A stretch of 63,747 nucleotides of DNA, the filler included, from Reticulomyxa filosa (Eukaryota; Protista; Foraminifera): assembly GCA_000512085.1 (NCBI GenBank). It is 15 parts of 15 records of this genome, joined end to end, with 100 filler letters (N's around TTAATTAATTAA, not from the genome) between each part and the next. Parts side by side here need not be neighbours in the genome. Positions count along the whole stretch, not along the records: positions 19,669 to 31,472 come from ASPP01001662.1; positions 31,573 to 39,347 come from ASPP01006074.1; 13 more parts are not named here. One strand, written 5' to 3'. Both the position numbers and the translations under genes were made by a program. Shown one piece after another: positions 25,301 to 38,091 of the stretch; position 1 is the stretch's first letter; each line of letters starts with the position of its first letter. The notes under the pieces are model-generated. The model worked only from the letters and a program-made list of their open reading frames with translations, did not search any database and was not told the DNA's origin.

Positions 25301-26161
25301 GTGCTTTGTATTTTCAGCATTTCCAACAGCACCGCAATTGCGCCGTTGTTTCCAAGCAATCGCTTCATCTCTTCCACTTGGTCTGGCCGTTGGTCGTGTC
25401 TTCGTATGAAATTGTGCAGCAATTTCAACACTTCCAGAAACATTTTCTTAACTTCCTCTTGACGATAGGTCGGCGATTGTGATTGCGATTGTCTCTGTTG
25501 TTGCTGCTGCTGCTGCTGCTGTGTATCCAATGGTAAAAAGCGAAAGAGCTGCGAAATAAACGTGGTCGCATGGGCGCTTTGCACAAGTGACTCTGTCAAA
25601 GAGACGGCATTTTGTTTGTTTTGATAATTCACGGATAGCAATTGGCTGTTGTTTCTGTTCTTGTTGCTTACAATATATCTGCGATTCATTTCTTCGATCA
25701 ATTGAAGCCATTGTATCTCATTGTCCACCTAATCCATAATACAATACATATATACATATATATATATATGTGTATATATTATTATTACGCTTTCTTTCAA
25801 CGTTTAACTTTGCAAAACAATTCAATCAATGGATTATTTGTCACTCCTTGCAAATACTTTGCGGGAAAGCCTTTTTTTGTCGCTGACATTGGATACGGCT
25901 GTGCAGTGTTATCTCTCGGTTTTGTCGACGTGGCACTGCTCGTCCTCATCTCCTCTTCATCTTCCTCTTTGTCATGCTTGCTTTCTCTCTTTGTTGAGTG
26001 TTGCAAGACGGCCATGGAACGCTCGCTCACTTTGTCGTTGTTGTCGGCATAACTGCTTTCAACGGACCACGTTGCTTGTGAAGACCGTTCGGAGTCGAAC
26101 TTTTCCTCTTTGCCGAGCCCTCTTTCGCGTTCGCGAATACTGTTCTTTTCATCGTCGTTAC

Positions 26162-26192
<31 letters not shown>

Positions 26193-29100
26193 GTTGACAA
26201 GTGGCACCTTTTTCAACGGCTGAATGGACACACGATTATCATTGAACTGCAATGCATTGCCAGCGTTGCCGCCTTTGCGATAGGCGTGCAGTGTCTCGGT
26301 GTTGTTGACAGGCTGTTGCGAGGACGAGGACATAGACATCGACGTGGACGTCGAGGCAGAGGCGGAAGAGGACGTGGCCAAGAACGAAGGAGCAGCCCTC
26401 CGACCCAAATGAGACAGCGGTTTGGAAGTATTGGATTTAGGCAGCGACAGCGATGGCGTGGCAGACGTGGAGTTACTACTGCCACTCATCAAAGGTCGAT
26501 TTTTTAACACGCCTTTATTTGGGCGCGACGACTTGCTCGTTATGGTGCTGTTTTCGCTTCTCGAGTCCGAAGAAGAGCTCGACGATTTTTGCATTTGCAA
26601 TCCGCGTCGAATGATTGTCACTGACGTATGCACACTTTCATTGTCATTATCATTGTCATTATCATTGTCATTATCATTGTCATTATCATTGTCATTATAA
26701 TTATCATTGTTATTATCTTTTGCATTTGTATTTGTATTTGTATTTGCATTTGCATTTGCATTTGCAGTTTCATGTCCGTGTGTCTTTGCAAGTGGCTGCG
26801 AATGTAAATTACGCAAAGTCATTGTTGGCTGAGCAGCGGAAACATTGGGTTGATAGGGTTTGAGTCGTGGAACAATCTTGGTGGTAGGCGATTCCAAGAG
26901 ATCCTTCAGATCAATGATCGGCTCCGTTGTTGTTGTTGTTGTTGTGGCTGCGATTGCTGCATCCTTTGGCTTGGCCTTTTTGTGATCCGAAGTTGGATTA
27001 GACAGTTGACTGCTAGTATTGCTGCTCTGAAGAGTGCCACCCCATGTTCGAGGCACGTGAGATACACCGCTTTCGCTGTCGGTCCCTGTCATCATGCTAT
27101 AATCACTGCACGAAACAGAGGTCTTGGACGTATGCGCGAGTTCTCGATTGGTGTCATCTTCGGTCGTGCCGCTGTCGTCCGGCATCAACGCGTGGGACTG
27201 TCTTCCATCCAATCTAATCATATATATACATATATATATATATATAATATATATGCACACACACACATACGCTTTGTTTGTGTCGCAGACAAATGCAAGA
27301 CAAGACTTTGTTTTGAGACGGAAAACAGTGCACGAAGATATTGCACTTGTTTGCACTGCTGTTAATACTATTAAGACTAGTAAAGCTATTAATGCTATTA
27401 TCACTGTTGTTACTGCTTTGGTGCATTATGGTTGTGGCGCTCTTTGGTGGATTGATGAAAACATTGGCGTTTCTTCCATACGGATTCACATTTGCATTTC
27501 GATTGGCTGGATTGATTTGTTTCGGAATCGAATTCGTGTTGCCGGTTTGATTCTCCGATTGTTTGAACAGCGATATCAGCGAATGATTTCGGAGATGGTC
27601 GCCCACCGAGATCTGCGTATCGGATTCGTTGTCCGTGTGACTCGTCTCTTCCATTTTGTCGCTTTCGTAGCCACTGTGAAGAAGAAGGAGGGGCTCTTCT
27701 ATCGGCCAACGCTTATCTCCAGTCGCTTGTTTCGTGTCCGCGTTTGTTGATGTTTGTGAGTTGGCATTGGACTTGGTATTCACATTGACAGTTGAATTTA
27801 CATTTGTATTTGCATTTGCATTTGTATTTACTTTGGGAAGAGTTGAAGACAACCAAGGCTTATTTTTTGACACGCGATCTTCCAGTGGGCCCTCGGCAAG
27901 CACAAATGGGTTGGAGGAGTCATTGTTATTGCTCTTTTTGCTCATGGGCGAGGTGGTAACATTTTCGCTCATAATGTGTGATGCCACAGCGAGGATCTTT
28001 GAAATTTTGTCAGCAATCACGTTCAAGACTTTGGACGAGGAGATCTTTTTGCCAAACTGTCCCTGGAAATACTTTTCCAACTTGAGCAACTCACCGTCTT
28101 GGAACAGCTTCATAGTATTGTCCACACCTTGCACTGGGTCAAACACCAATGCATAAATGCCATTCACATGCCGCAACATTTCTTGTAACGACTCTTCGTC
28201 CGTGTCGTCTACGTGTATTCTGCTCTCTTGCTGTGTTGTTGTTGTTGGTGTGTCACTGTCGTGGCCGTTGCCATCGTCACTCCTTGCACTTGCACTGGTT
28301 GTTGTTATTGCCACAGTGGGTAATTGACTCAACAGGAGTTTGTCCACAGCCGTACTGTCTTCCACGTCTCCGGACAATTTCTTCTCGGCTTGCAGCGCTC
28401 CAAACTTGGTGCGTCCTCTTGGCGTGCTCGGAGCATTGGCATACACTGCAGGCTCTTGTTTGGTACCAGCCTTTTTTTTTCCCTTTGCAGCTGCTTTGCT
28501 TTCGCTGCTTTTTTTGTTGTGCCCTTTCAGACTTTGTTCTTTCTGGTCTTGCGTTTCCGATCTCGTGTCGCTCTTTTCGCTTTCCAACCTCTCCAGTTGT
28601 AATCCAATATGAAGCTGTCTCTGTGGCTGTTTCTCTTCCTTCCTGCTCGCTTCCTTGTCCGAATCGCCTACGCATTTCATTACAAAGTCATTGTATCATG
28701 TCGACAAGTTGAAAACACATCACGATATTTAAAAGAGTCCAAACTTTTGGGTCCATCTTCCGTTTCGCTTTGGATAGTTTCTGTCTCTTCCTCTTCACGC
28801 TCTTCTTCTTCTTCTTCTTCTTCTTCTTCTTGCTTTCTTTTGTGTTTGTCCTTGGGATGAGATACCAACTGCTGTTCATAGCGCTTTGACATCTTTTGTT
28901 CCATTACCAAGACATCTTGTTTGGTCATTGGATGCAACAAAGGAATGAATAGCTCTTCTTCTTCTTCTTCTTCCTCTTCTTCCTCCTCTTCATTGTTGTC
29001 TGGCTCATCTCCGTTTTCTTCTTCCATATCTGCGTCTTCGTCACCATTGTCATCTGTTTCTTCTTCACTTTGAGAGCGAGGACCGGCGGTGGACAGCTGC

Positions 29101-30400
29101 ATATATACATATATGTAAATATATATACATATACATATATGTGTATATGTGTTTCACAAAGAAAGAGATAGTTCTCGAAACAGTGTCGTCGGATAAGACC
29201 AAAGATGAAACGCCTCCACGCGATCGATTGCTCGACTTGGTGAGCAAAGACAGACGATTGTTTGTAGTGTCGAGTCGGACTTTGTGATCTGACGACAGCG
29301 TGGACGTGCGTGGGATGGTTTTGAAAAAGTGCAAATTTTGCTGTCGAGTGTTATTGTTGAGTTGGCCATGTTTCAAAGAGACTTCGTCGTGACTGGCGTT
29401 GGAGTCGCTTCTCTCACTGTCGCTGTTGTTATGACTTTGGCTGTAACTGTGGCTATGAGTGTGACTGTAGCTCTTCTTCAGACTTTGGTTTTGACTTGGA
29501 CTTTGACTTTGACTTGGACTTTGGCTCGATTGCTGAGTTAGATTTCGACCGAAAGCAGAATACGCGAGATTCGTGGTCGGGGCAAACATTTGCGATTGCT
29601 GTTTGGATTGCAGCCACGAATTCTTCAGCGCGACCAAAGACATTTGTTTCCAACGGAAATGAGTGGCCGACGTTTGCTTTGAAATAAACTTCATCGCAAA
29701 GAGTAAAAATTCGTCCAATTGCAGTTCTGGATTTTCAACAAAAAGATGATACACCTCAGACACCTCGCTTTGATTCAATTCGGCCATGCCAATGTCGGCC
29801 AGCTTTTGGCCAAATTCCTTTACATTCATATCTCTGATATTGGTTGTCTTTTTTTTTTTGTGCGTTTGTGAATGCGAGGAAGAGGAAGAGGAAGAGGAAG
29901 AGATGATGATGATGATGATACGAAAGAAGCACATTGTATCCATTGCCATGCGTCATTTTCGACTACATACATTTCCATCTTTCTGGTGTACGACGTTGGC
30001 GAAGAGGTCGTCATCATAATGTGTCGCAATTTGGAAATAAAGTCGGAAATGCAAAGCATGTTGACATCGTTGTCGCCACTTGTGTTGTTGACAAATAATT
30101 GCGTCATACTGGCAGACATCTCTTCGCTGTCTTTGCGATTGTCCTCCTCGTGACTCGCCTTCGCATTCGAATGCTCAAGTGCTTTCATCGCTTTCACAAA
30201 CTCCTCCAACGTCAGATAGTTCTCTTTGCTTTTGCTCGCGTTCTTTAATGCCCCTTCGATCTCTTTTAGTATTTCCTCGCGCTTTTGTATTGTTTGTTGT
30301 GGGGATTGACAAAAGTGGAGAGGTCTTAGCACGTTTTATGCATTTTTGTCTATGCACGTTGCCATGTGTATAGAAAGGGGGTAGGTATAAATACATATAA

Positions 30401-30442
<42 letters not shown>

Positions 30443-31063
30443 ATTTATGTGTATATTTCTTTTTTTTTTTTTTTAAAAAAAAACCATACAAACTGCATAG
30501 GTCTTGGCCAATGCCAACGTTGTCGTCAAAAAGGTATCCATATCTGCACTACCTTCGCTTTGCAATACTTGCACGAAAAATGCAACGGTTAACAAGTTGG
30601 ATTTGGCACTGCTCTTGTTTTGTTGCGTCGACTGCCAATACAGCAAGTAGTCGAAAATGCATTTGACGTCAGTCATCGACATTGCACGTGTTTGATAGTG
30701 TGTCACAATGTTGTTATAAAACTGCGCAAAAGTCATTTGCGTCTGTTTGTTTAATGTGTTTTCGCAGTGCTTTTGGATCATTTGGACAAATAAATGTTCG
30801 TCCTCCGTTGCTTTTTTTTGGCTGTTCATCATCGCATTTGTCTCCTCACGTTGTTTATTTTTCTCTATATAAGCCATTAATACATTCGACAGATACGAGG
30901 AGATTTCGTTGCCTTTCTTTTGATTCTTGGTCGCTTTGGAGACAATTTCGTTATTATTGCCTTTCTCTCGCAAATAGGCCACAAACAAACTTACTGACTC
31001 TTTGACATGTGCACTATAAAATTCTCGCAAGTTTTCCAATTGCGTTTCTATCAAACTACCCAA
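22306..31063 (-). CDS. Very large multi-exon protein: EF-hand-like N-terminus, low-complexity linker, ARM-like repeats, C-terminal PH-like domain
   Basis: Consecutive same-strand ORFs separated by (TA)n/(TATG)n-containing introns. EF-like helices LTLEEFVKAM and LQLDEFLLF, ARM-like GAIAVLLEML...CCYMLWHL, and PH-like terminal helix EESVHWVRALSEL. Could be more than one gene. Confidence 0.6.
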
Positions 31064-31730
31064 ACCATATTTTCAAAAACACCAGAAAATTTTCAAATGT
31101 GAAGCCGGTTCCACTGTAAGAAGCGAGAAGCTCTAAATGTATAATGCTTATCAGATCAGAAGCCGGAGATTTTGATGATACTGGCTTCATTGATGTTTGT
31201 TTTATGTTTTTTGTTCAGTGCCAAAAGACCTTTTTTCGCTTCCTTTCTTTTTTTTTTCATTTCCAAAAAGAAACGCGTTATCAAAAATCTGCTAAAAAAA
31301 GAGAACCTACAGCTTTTAAACCTCTTTATCGATTCTTTATTTGCATATAGCTTTGCTTTTGTTTTTTCTGTTATCAACTTTTTGATAGATATTTAATAAA
31401 AAGCTAAAATCAAAAATTCAGTAATACTTGGCACTGAAGAACACAAACTTTTTTGTCAATTGTAGACCAGTGNNNNNNNNNNNNNNNNNNNNNNNNNNNN
31501 NNNNNNNNNNNNNNNNTTAATTAATTAANNNNNNNNNNNNNNNNNNNNNNNNNNNNNNNNNNNNNNNNNNNNTATGTATGTTTATATGTGTTTTTGTCCA
31601 TTCTTTTTGCTTTGTTTCATTTTTGTTTCGAAATCAAAGTACATTAACAAACAAGCAAAAAAAAAAAAAATAAAAATAAAAATAAAATCAAAAGACGGAG
31701 GCATTTTTTCACCATTCCTCATTTTCCGCA

Positions 31731-32363
31731 TTGCTAGACAAATCTTGGAATGCAACCAATATTAATCCCAACGACCCAAATAACAAGGCAAAAAACATTG
31801 TCTCGAAAGAAACTGACAAAATCAAAGCATTCGTTCCAACCGACAACAGCTTGCTAAGTACCATTTCTACAAGTGAAATTGAAAATCGACGCGTCGAACG
31901 CCAGAAATTGCATCATCGGTTGAACAAGAGAATTACATCAATTGACAGCACTCATGATGAAAAGCAAGACAAAAAAAAGAGTGAAGAAGAAGAAAGAAAA
32001 GAGATGGAAGCAGAAGACAGCAGCGATGATGATAACGATAATGGCAAGGATGATTACGATGATGATGGTGATTACAATGATGATGGTGATTACAATGATG
32101 ACGATAATTACAAACCATTCTCTAGACCGGGAGCCGACCCATTTTTGCCCAAACTACAAACCAAACGTGAGTCCGTGGACGTATATCGAGATGTCTTGAC
32201 AAGGTTCAGTAAAAATGGCGAAGAAATTATGGATGACGTTTTGAAAGAAGCCTTAAAGGACAAGACGAAGCAAACGAACAACCAAGTACCGTCAGCTGCT
32301 TCTCGCAACCGAGAAAAAAAACAAGAACTGAAAGCAGGAGGGACGTCCGAAATGAAAACTTAA
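31731..32363 (+). CDS. 3' exon of an unknown acidic/charged protein
   Basis: 210-aa frame with DDGDYN repeats; 5' part lies beyond the contig edge. Confidence 0.55.
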   Translation: MLDKSWNATNINPNDPNNKAKNIVSKETDKIKAFVPTDNSLLSTISTSEIENRRVERQKLHHRLNKRITSIDSTHDEKQDKKKSEEEERKEMEAEDSSDDDNDNGKDDYDDDGDYNDDGDYNDDDNYKPFSRPGADPFLPKLQTKRESVDVYRDVLTRFSKNGEEIMDDVLKEALKDKTKQTNNQVPSAASRNREKKQELKAGGTSEMKT

Positions 32364-32882
32364 TAAAAAGGCTTACTTATCCGTGTGTTTGTTCTTTTTC
32401 TTCTTTAATATTGTTTGTCCCACATACCACCGTTTTCTGTACAAGGTGGTCCATCTTTTTATATATTATTCTCTCGTTGATTGTAACACGATCACAATGT
32501 CGTGTTAGTTTTATCCTTTTCCATTTTATCAACACTATCACAAATTATGACAGCATTAATCAATATTTTGTTACGATGTTTCGAGTTTGTAATTTTCGAG
32601 AAAAGTTTAATTTTAGTTTGTTCTGTTTTTTTCTTTAGTGATAAGTGTACAGAAATTGATCAATTAAAAAAAAAAGCACTGGTAGTTTTAATGACAAGTG
32701 CAAGAAATGCGCGAATTTTTCTTATCGAACCCCAAATTAAAAAAAGAAAAACTTGCTTTGATGTAGATGTGGAGTAGGCGATACAACCGGAACAAATTTT
32801 TTTTTTATGACACATGAACAACCTCATTGGTGGTGTAAATTCAAATGTTCTACCCAAAAAAAAATGTTTCCAATTTGGCAAA

Positions 32883-34060
32883 TTAAACCACACCATGGAA
32901 TCCACCTTTGTTTCTTTGGTAGTGCATAAATTTGATATCGTAGTTCCAAGATTCGTTATTCCAGTTCAAGTTTCGATCTGTTCAAGGTCACAAAGCCGAA
33001 TAGTTAGACATTGTCCGATATCAGACCAACAAAACACAAAAAAAATATGAGATAAAAAAGACATAACAATGAGCTCCGCTTGCACTGGCGCTCAGCAATA
33101 AAGCACAATATAAAGTGATAAAAATAAAAGTCCTGTCGATATGCGACGCACTGAAAGCGCGTGAAATTCGCTGTGTCCATGGCAACTCTGCTTGTCTGAA
33201 ATGAATGGGGTAACTGCTCATGACCTTCATTCCTGAAAGCAACGGTGGTGGTTCACTGGCACCAACGCTAACCAAGTATCGTTTTTCCCAGCCTAATCGA
33301 CTGAACAGTGAGGCTGTATATCCGTTAGCGGCTATATTTCTTCTCCAGTCAAATCTTCCATTAGGCTTTAACGGCAAATAAAAATCTTGTTCTTGAGGAG
33401 GCGTCTTTGGCACACCCAATTTCGAAAATCTCGGCAAATGCGATTGATCGCCGTGATATTCCGCCATCACTGGAGTGATTACTTTTGGTTTGGGAGAGTT
33501 TTCATTTTGAATCATTGGCCAAAAGTGATAATCTGGTAATTTGCTATCAGTTGCATAATCATTTTTTTTGTTTGTTTTAGTATGCGTATTATTTGGGGGA
33601 AGGAAAAAAAAATGTTTCGTTTAGAATTCAGGGGGTACACCAAAAGAAAAAAAACTCAATTCATAAATACAACCAACTTTCATCGATTTGAAGAGAAGAA
33701 GGAGATTAAGGGGAAAAAAAAAATCTCAAATATAGTATAAACCAACCTAGCATGCACTTCGTGAGTTGGTGTATGATCGAGCAATCTCTCAATTTCCAAG
33801 TCTTGCCATAATCGTCGATTTTTTTCTGGGGAACTGAAAACAGGTGGAAGAGATCCATTTAATTGATAGTTGTACCAACTGTTTCTTGCAAGCTGTGGCG
33901 TACTTTCAACAAATGTATCGGCCTCCTTCACGTCAAACCCATACATCGTTGTCAGTTTCTCGTCTTTCAGTGGACCATAACCAGTTCGTCCTTCGTTTTG
34001 AGGATCCATCGCTGGTGCAGGAGTATCCTTACTCACCACTGGTTTGTGAGTTGCTGGCAT
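32883..34060 (-). CDS. Uncharacterised single-TM protein, about 3 exons
   Basis: ORFs 33680-34060 and 33021-33515 plus a probable last exon (RNLNWNNESWNYDIKFMHYQRNKGGFHGVV*). TM segment TFIFITLYCALLLSASA. Confidence 0.55.
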
Positions 34061-34407
34061 TTCTTTTTTCTCCTGTAATCAATATCAACAATTTGATAAA
34101 CAACTTTCAAAATTGAAAGGGGAATATACGACCTCTTTGCCAGTCGTTTTGTCTTCTTATTTTTACGTCTTTAAAAACACTTGTCGTAAACGCTATTTGT
34201 TTTCAGCTTTACGCTGTATATCGTGTAAACAATACTTTAATTTGTTTGAATGCAAAAATTAATACTCGTCTTTCACAGGAGTAAAAAGCAAATAAGACAA
34301 AAGATTGTTTAATTAACTTCATAAACTAGACAATGAAAAAAAGTATTCAGCATGTAAATTGAATATCCTTTTGTCAACAAAAAAGTGTGTAAATGTAAAT
34401 TTATATA

Positions 34408-35150
34408 CATTAGATTGTAGAAAAATTGTCACACCTAAAGGCTACCTTATGAAGATGATTAATTTTCTCAATGAAAAATAAACATTTAAACTAATTTTTA
34501 AAAATTTCTACAAATATTGTAGTTTTTATTTAAAATTTTTTTTAAGGTGTTTGATTGTTAGTTTTTTGTTTAATATTTTTGTATTCATTTTAAATTTGAC
34601 TGTTTGAAATGGATTAATTGCAGCTACTAATAAGAAAAAGATAAACTTGGAAGCTGGTCATACTACTAGCATCAAATTTCAAACAGGTGCAAACGGGACA
34701 GTAAATTATTGTAAAAAGGTTATTTTTTCAGATTAAATAAAGATTAGATTGCATGTTAGCTATTGAATCAAATACGCTTGAAAAATAACAAATCAAGACT
34801 TAGGAGATAATGCCAGACAAAAGATAAAGATTTGGTAAATACAGTGTCATGATTTGAACTTGTTTTAGTTCAAAAGGTTTTTAGGCTGCATGCAAGATAG
34901 ATTGTGAAATCAATTAAAAAATTAATAAAGAAATATTAAAAGATTACACCAAGCAGTGTCTTATCGTTTATATTATAAAATGACACTTAATTCTAACAAG
35001 TCAATAATTTCACAAAACTAAACACAATAAAAATTCAAAAAAAACTTTACATAAAATAAAAGTTTAAAACTAAAATACAATTTCACAAAAAAATTTCAAA
35101 AGATCAAATTTTAATGGTTGAATTTTTCAAAAGCTACGAAAGATACAATG
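34408..35150 (+). mobile_element. Second decayed Tc1-type transposon copy (left TIR plus transposase remnant)
   Basis: TA|CATTAGATTG terminus and TIR at 34408-34532. Remnant at ~34608-34947 reads TVNYCKKVIFSD*IKIRLH...IKYA*K...FGKYSVMI*TCFSSKG...IDCEIN...KEIL. Confidence 0.8.
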
Positions 35151-35345
35151 CGCCTCATAAACAACACTTTACTTCTTTGTTGCGTTATTTTCTTTTGTCT
35201 TATTTTAGTATATTCAAAGAGTGTTAAATTAAATTTTCAATAAAACTATTTAAAAAACACAAGCCTTCCCAAATTAACGAAAAGCCTTTTTTTTCTTTTT
35301 GAACCCCTCGGTTCTTCCTTCATTGGACGATAAACAATTTCCAAA

Positions 35346-37638
35346 ATGTCTCAATCCGCAAGCATAGCAAAGAGAATCACTGGCTTGACTTCAAAAATGG
35401 TTTGTCCTTGTTTTTCTTTTTTTCCTTGATCAGACTTCCGAAACGTACCAGCCGAAGCAAAAAAAAAATGAAAATAACAAACTTAATAAACGTGCAGACG
35501 TCAAGTGGAATGTTTGCTCAAGCCGTGAACCAAGCCATTGGACGCTCCACTTATAAACCCGTCGGCTTGAACGAAAAATATCCCGGTGTAATTGACGTTC
35601 CCCCCCAAACATATGAGCCTGCAGTGACAACAGTGTCCACGTTATCTAACGGTGTTCGAGTGGTGACCAGAAACACCAAAGACCCCATTTGTAACGTTGG
35701 GGTAAGTTGATTTTTGTTTGTTTGTTTGTTTCGAATTTTTCGGTGCATACGTATAATAAATGCGATTAACCTTTGAAATCATATGACGAGATTTTAAGGG
35801 GGGGGTGCTTTTTGAAATATTGAAGCATTGTTAGAACATCATGTGTATGTATGTGTGATATGTCAAGTTATTTGTAAATGCCGGCAGTCGATACTGCAAT
35901 CCAGCTATTTCCGGAACAGGCAATTTTTTGGAAACCCTTGCCACTGAGGTCAACAAAAAAAAAAAAACGCACTTTATTCTCGAAATTGAACGACATTTGG
36001 AAAAACAAAAATAAAAAATAAAAAAAATGTTTAAATATTTATCATCATTATTACGACAAAAAATTCAACACAGGGCACAAATCAAATCCCTCCTCTTCGA
36101 TTTCAAGAAAATTTGGCTAGAACTGGAACTTCTTGTGAGTCTACCCCTCCCCCCCCCCCCCCTTTTTTTTTAAATTTTCTATTTTTTATTTTTTTGCACA
36201 GCAACAAAAAAAAAACCCCTTTCATAACACACTGTGATGGCAATTCTTTGGATCAATAGTGTCAGTTCAAGCATTCCGTGACTGCATCTTTTACCAGTGC
36301 GACACATTCAAAAAAAATGTTGACTTTGCTTTGGAATCTGTTGCTGAACTGATTTGGAACGCTCGCACAGTTTTGCTTTTTTTAAAACAAATACCTTTTT
36401 TTTTTTTTTGCAATTAATTAGTTTATTTATCTAAACTTTTCAATTAAAAAAATGTCTTAGGACTCTTGGTTGCTGAAACAACTACACAAAGAATATTTGT
36501 GGCGCCGAGGAGATGTAATGAAATCGGCAGAGCATGAAATCCCGGAATATATGCATCAAGCAAGCTATCAAGGAAACACGCTTGGTTTGCCATTGTTTTG
36601 TGATCACAACACCATTAAAAATGTGACTGGAGAATTAATTAATGATTACATTAAAGTATTTTACCAACCCAATCGGTTGATCGTTGTCGGTACTGGTGTA
36701 GAGCACTCTGAGTTTGAGCGTTTTGCCTCTCAGACATTTGGAGATATTCGCTCGGATCCTCAACATACCAATTTAGAAATTGAAAAAGCCAGATACACTG
36801 GTGGTCAAATGAAATTTAAATATGATTTTGGTGCTGAAGATCATAATACACATGTGGGATTGTGCTTTGAAACAGGCAAATTTTTCTTTGTTTTTTTTTA
36901 ACATAAATCATATTTCGAATTGGTAGTTTTAAACCCTAATAATTTTTTTATTAAAAAAAAAATAATAAAATCACTCAGAAAATTGGCGCAGCCCCGACTT
37001 GATGGCTTTGTGTGTGTTAAACATGATGATGGGTGGTGGTGGTAGTTTCAGTGCTGGTGGCCCTGGAAAAGGTATGTACACCAGATTATATCGCGATGTG
37101 TTAGGATCTCATCATTGGATCCAGCATATCTCATGCTCACATTCCATTTTTGATGATTCTGGAATTTTCTGCTTTTATGGCCAAACCGAACCCGAAACTG
37201 CAGGAGATTTGACAGGTAAAATTCACAAAACAAAGAAAAGTATTGCCAGAATTAAACACAAACACAACATAAATCACTACCTCACTATCAACAATAAAAT
37301 CAGGCGTAATTGTCAGAGAGGCCTTAGACATGGTGCAGAAACCACCAAAGAGTGACGAATTAGATCGCGCTAAGCGAACGTTGTCGTCGAATATTTGCTT
37401 TGAATTTGAAAATAGACATGTTGTGTTTGAAGATTTGGCCAGACAAGTTCATGTATATGGCGATCATCGTCCACCAGAACAGTGGAGAGAACTGATCATG
37501 GCAGTCACAAAAGAAGACGTGGTTCGAGTTGCCAAGAAATTGTTGCAAAGCAAACCAACTTTATTGGCACTGGGCCCTGATGTCTCAAGAGTGCCCAATG
37601 TGGATGAAGTCGAGGCTGCTATCCGACGTGAACAATAA
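35346..37638 (+). CDS. PMPCA: Mitochondrial processing peptidase alpha subunit (M16 family), multi-exon
   Basis: STLSNGVRVVT, AGSRY, NTLGLPL, YTGG and the diagnostic glycine-rich loop GGGGSFSAGGPGKGMYTRLY; basic/Ser-rich presequence. Confidence 0.93.
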
Positions 37639-38091
37639 CCGTCTGTTGCCATTTTTTCCCCCTCTCTTCCCCCTCCCCATTTTTGTGCAAAGGTGGCTTG
37701 TTTTGTTATCAAAATGAGTTAACATTCCTTTCAAAACATCAAGATTACAAGTGGAGGAAAAATGTTTCTTTCCACTGTTAGGCTTCTTCTTTCACTACAG
37801 TCATATCCTCGTTAATTGAGTCCTTTTCAACACAAAGAAAACAGTGTAGCTTTGAAATGGCCAAAAAAACAATTGACTCCAACTAAACTGTTTTTTTTTG
37901 AAAAAGTACGATAAAGGAAAAAAGAATAAAATAAACAGTTGACTTATTTGTTTGAGATTCAGTAAACTCTTCAACAAAACTTAGGCTCAATATTAAAGAC
38001 TGGTCATCCAAAAAAAATTTACAACGTCACTTTTTACAAAATTTTTCATGCATATAATTTTAACACTTGTTCATCACTCCCCTATTTCAGA

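Noticed and set aside
14762-30440. Many short ORFs of poly-L/C/H/S and the (AAT)n, (CAT)n, (TA)n, (TATG)n tracts
   Set aside because: Alternative-frame readings of coding homopolymers or intronic microsatellites. There is no repeat-spacer structure, so not CRISPR-like.
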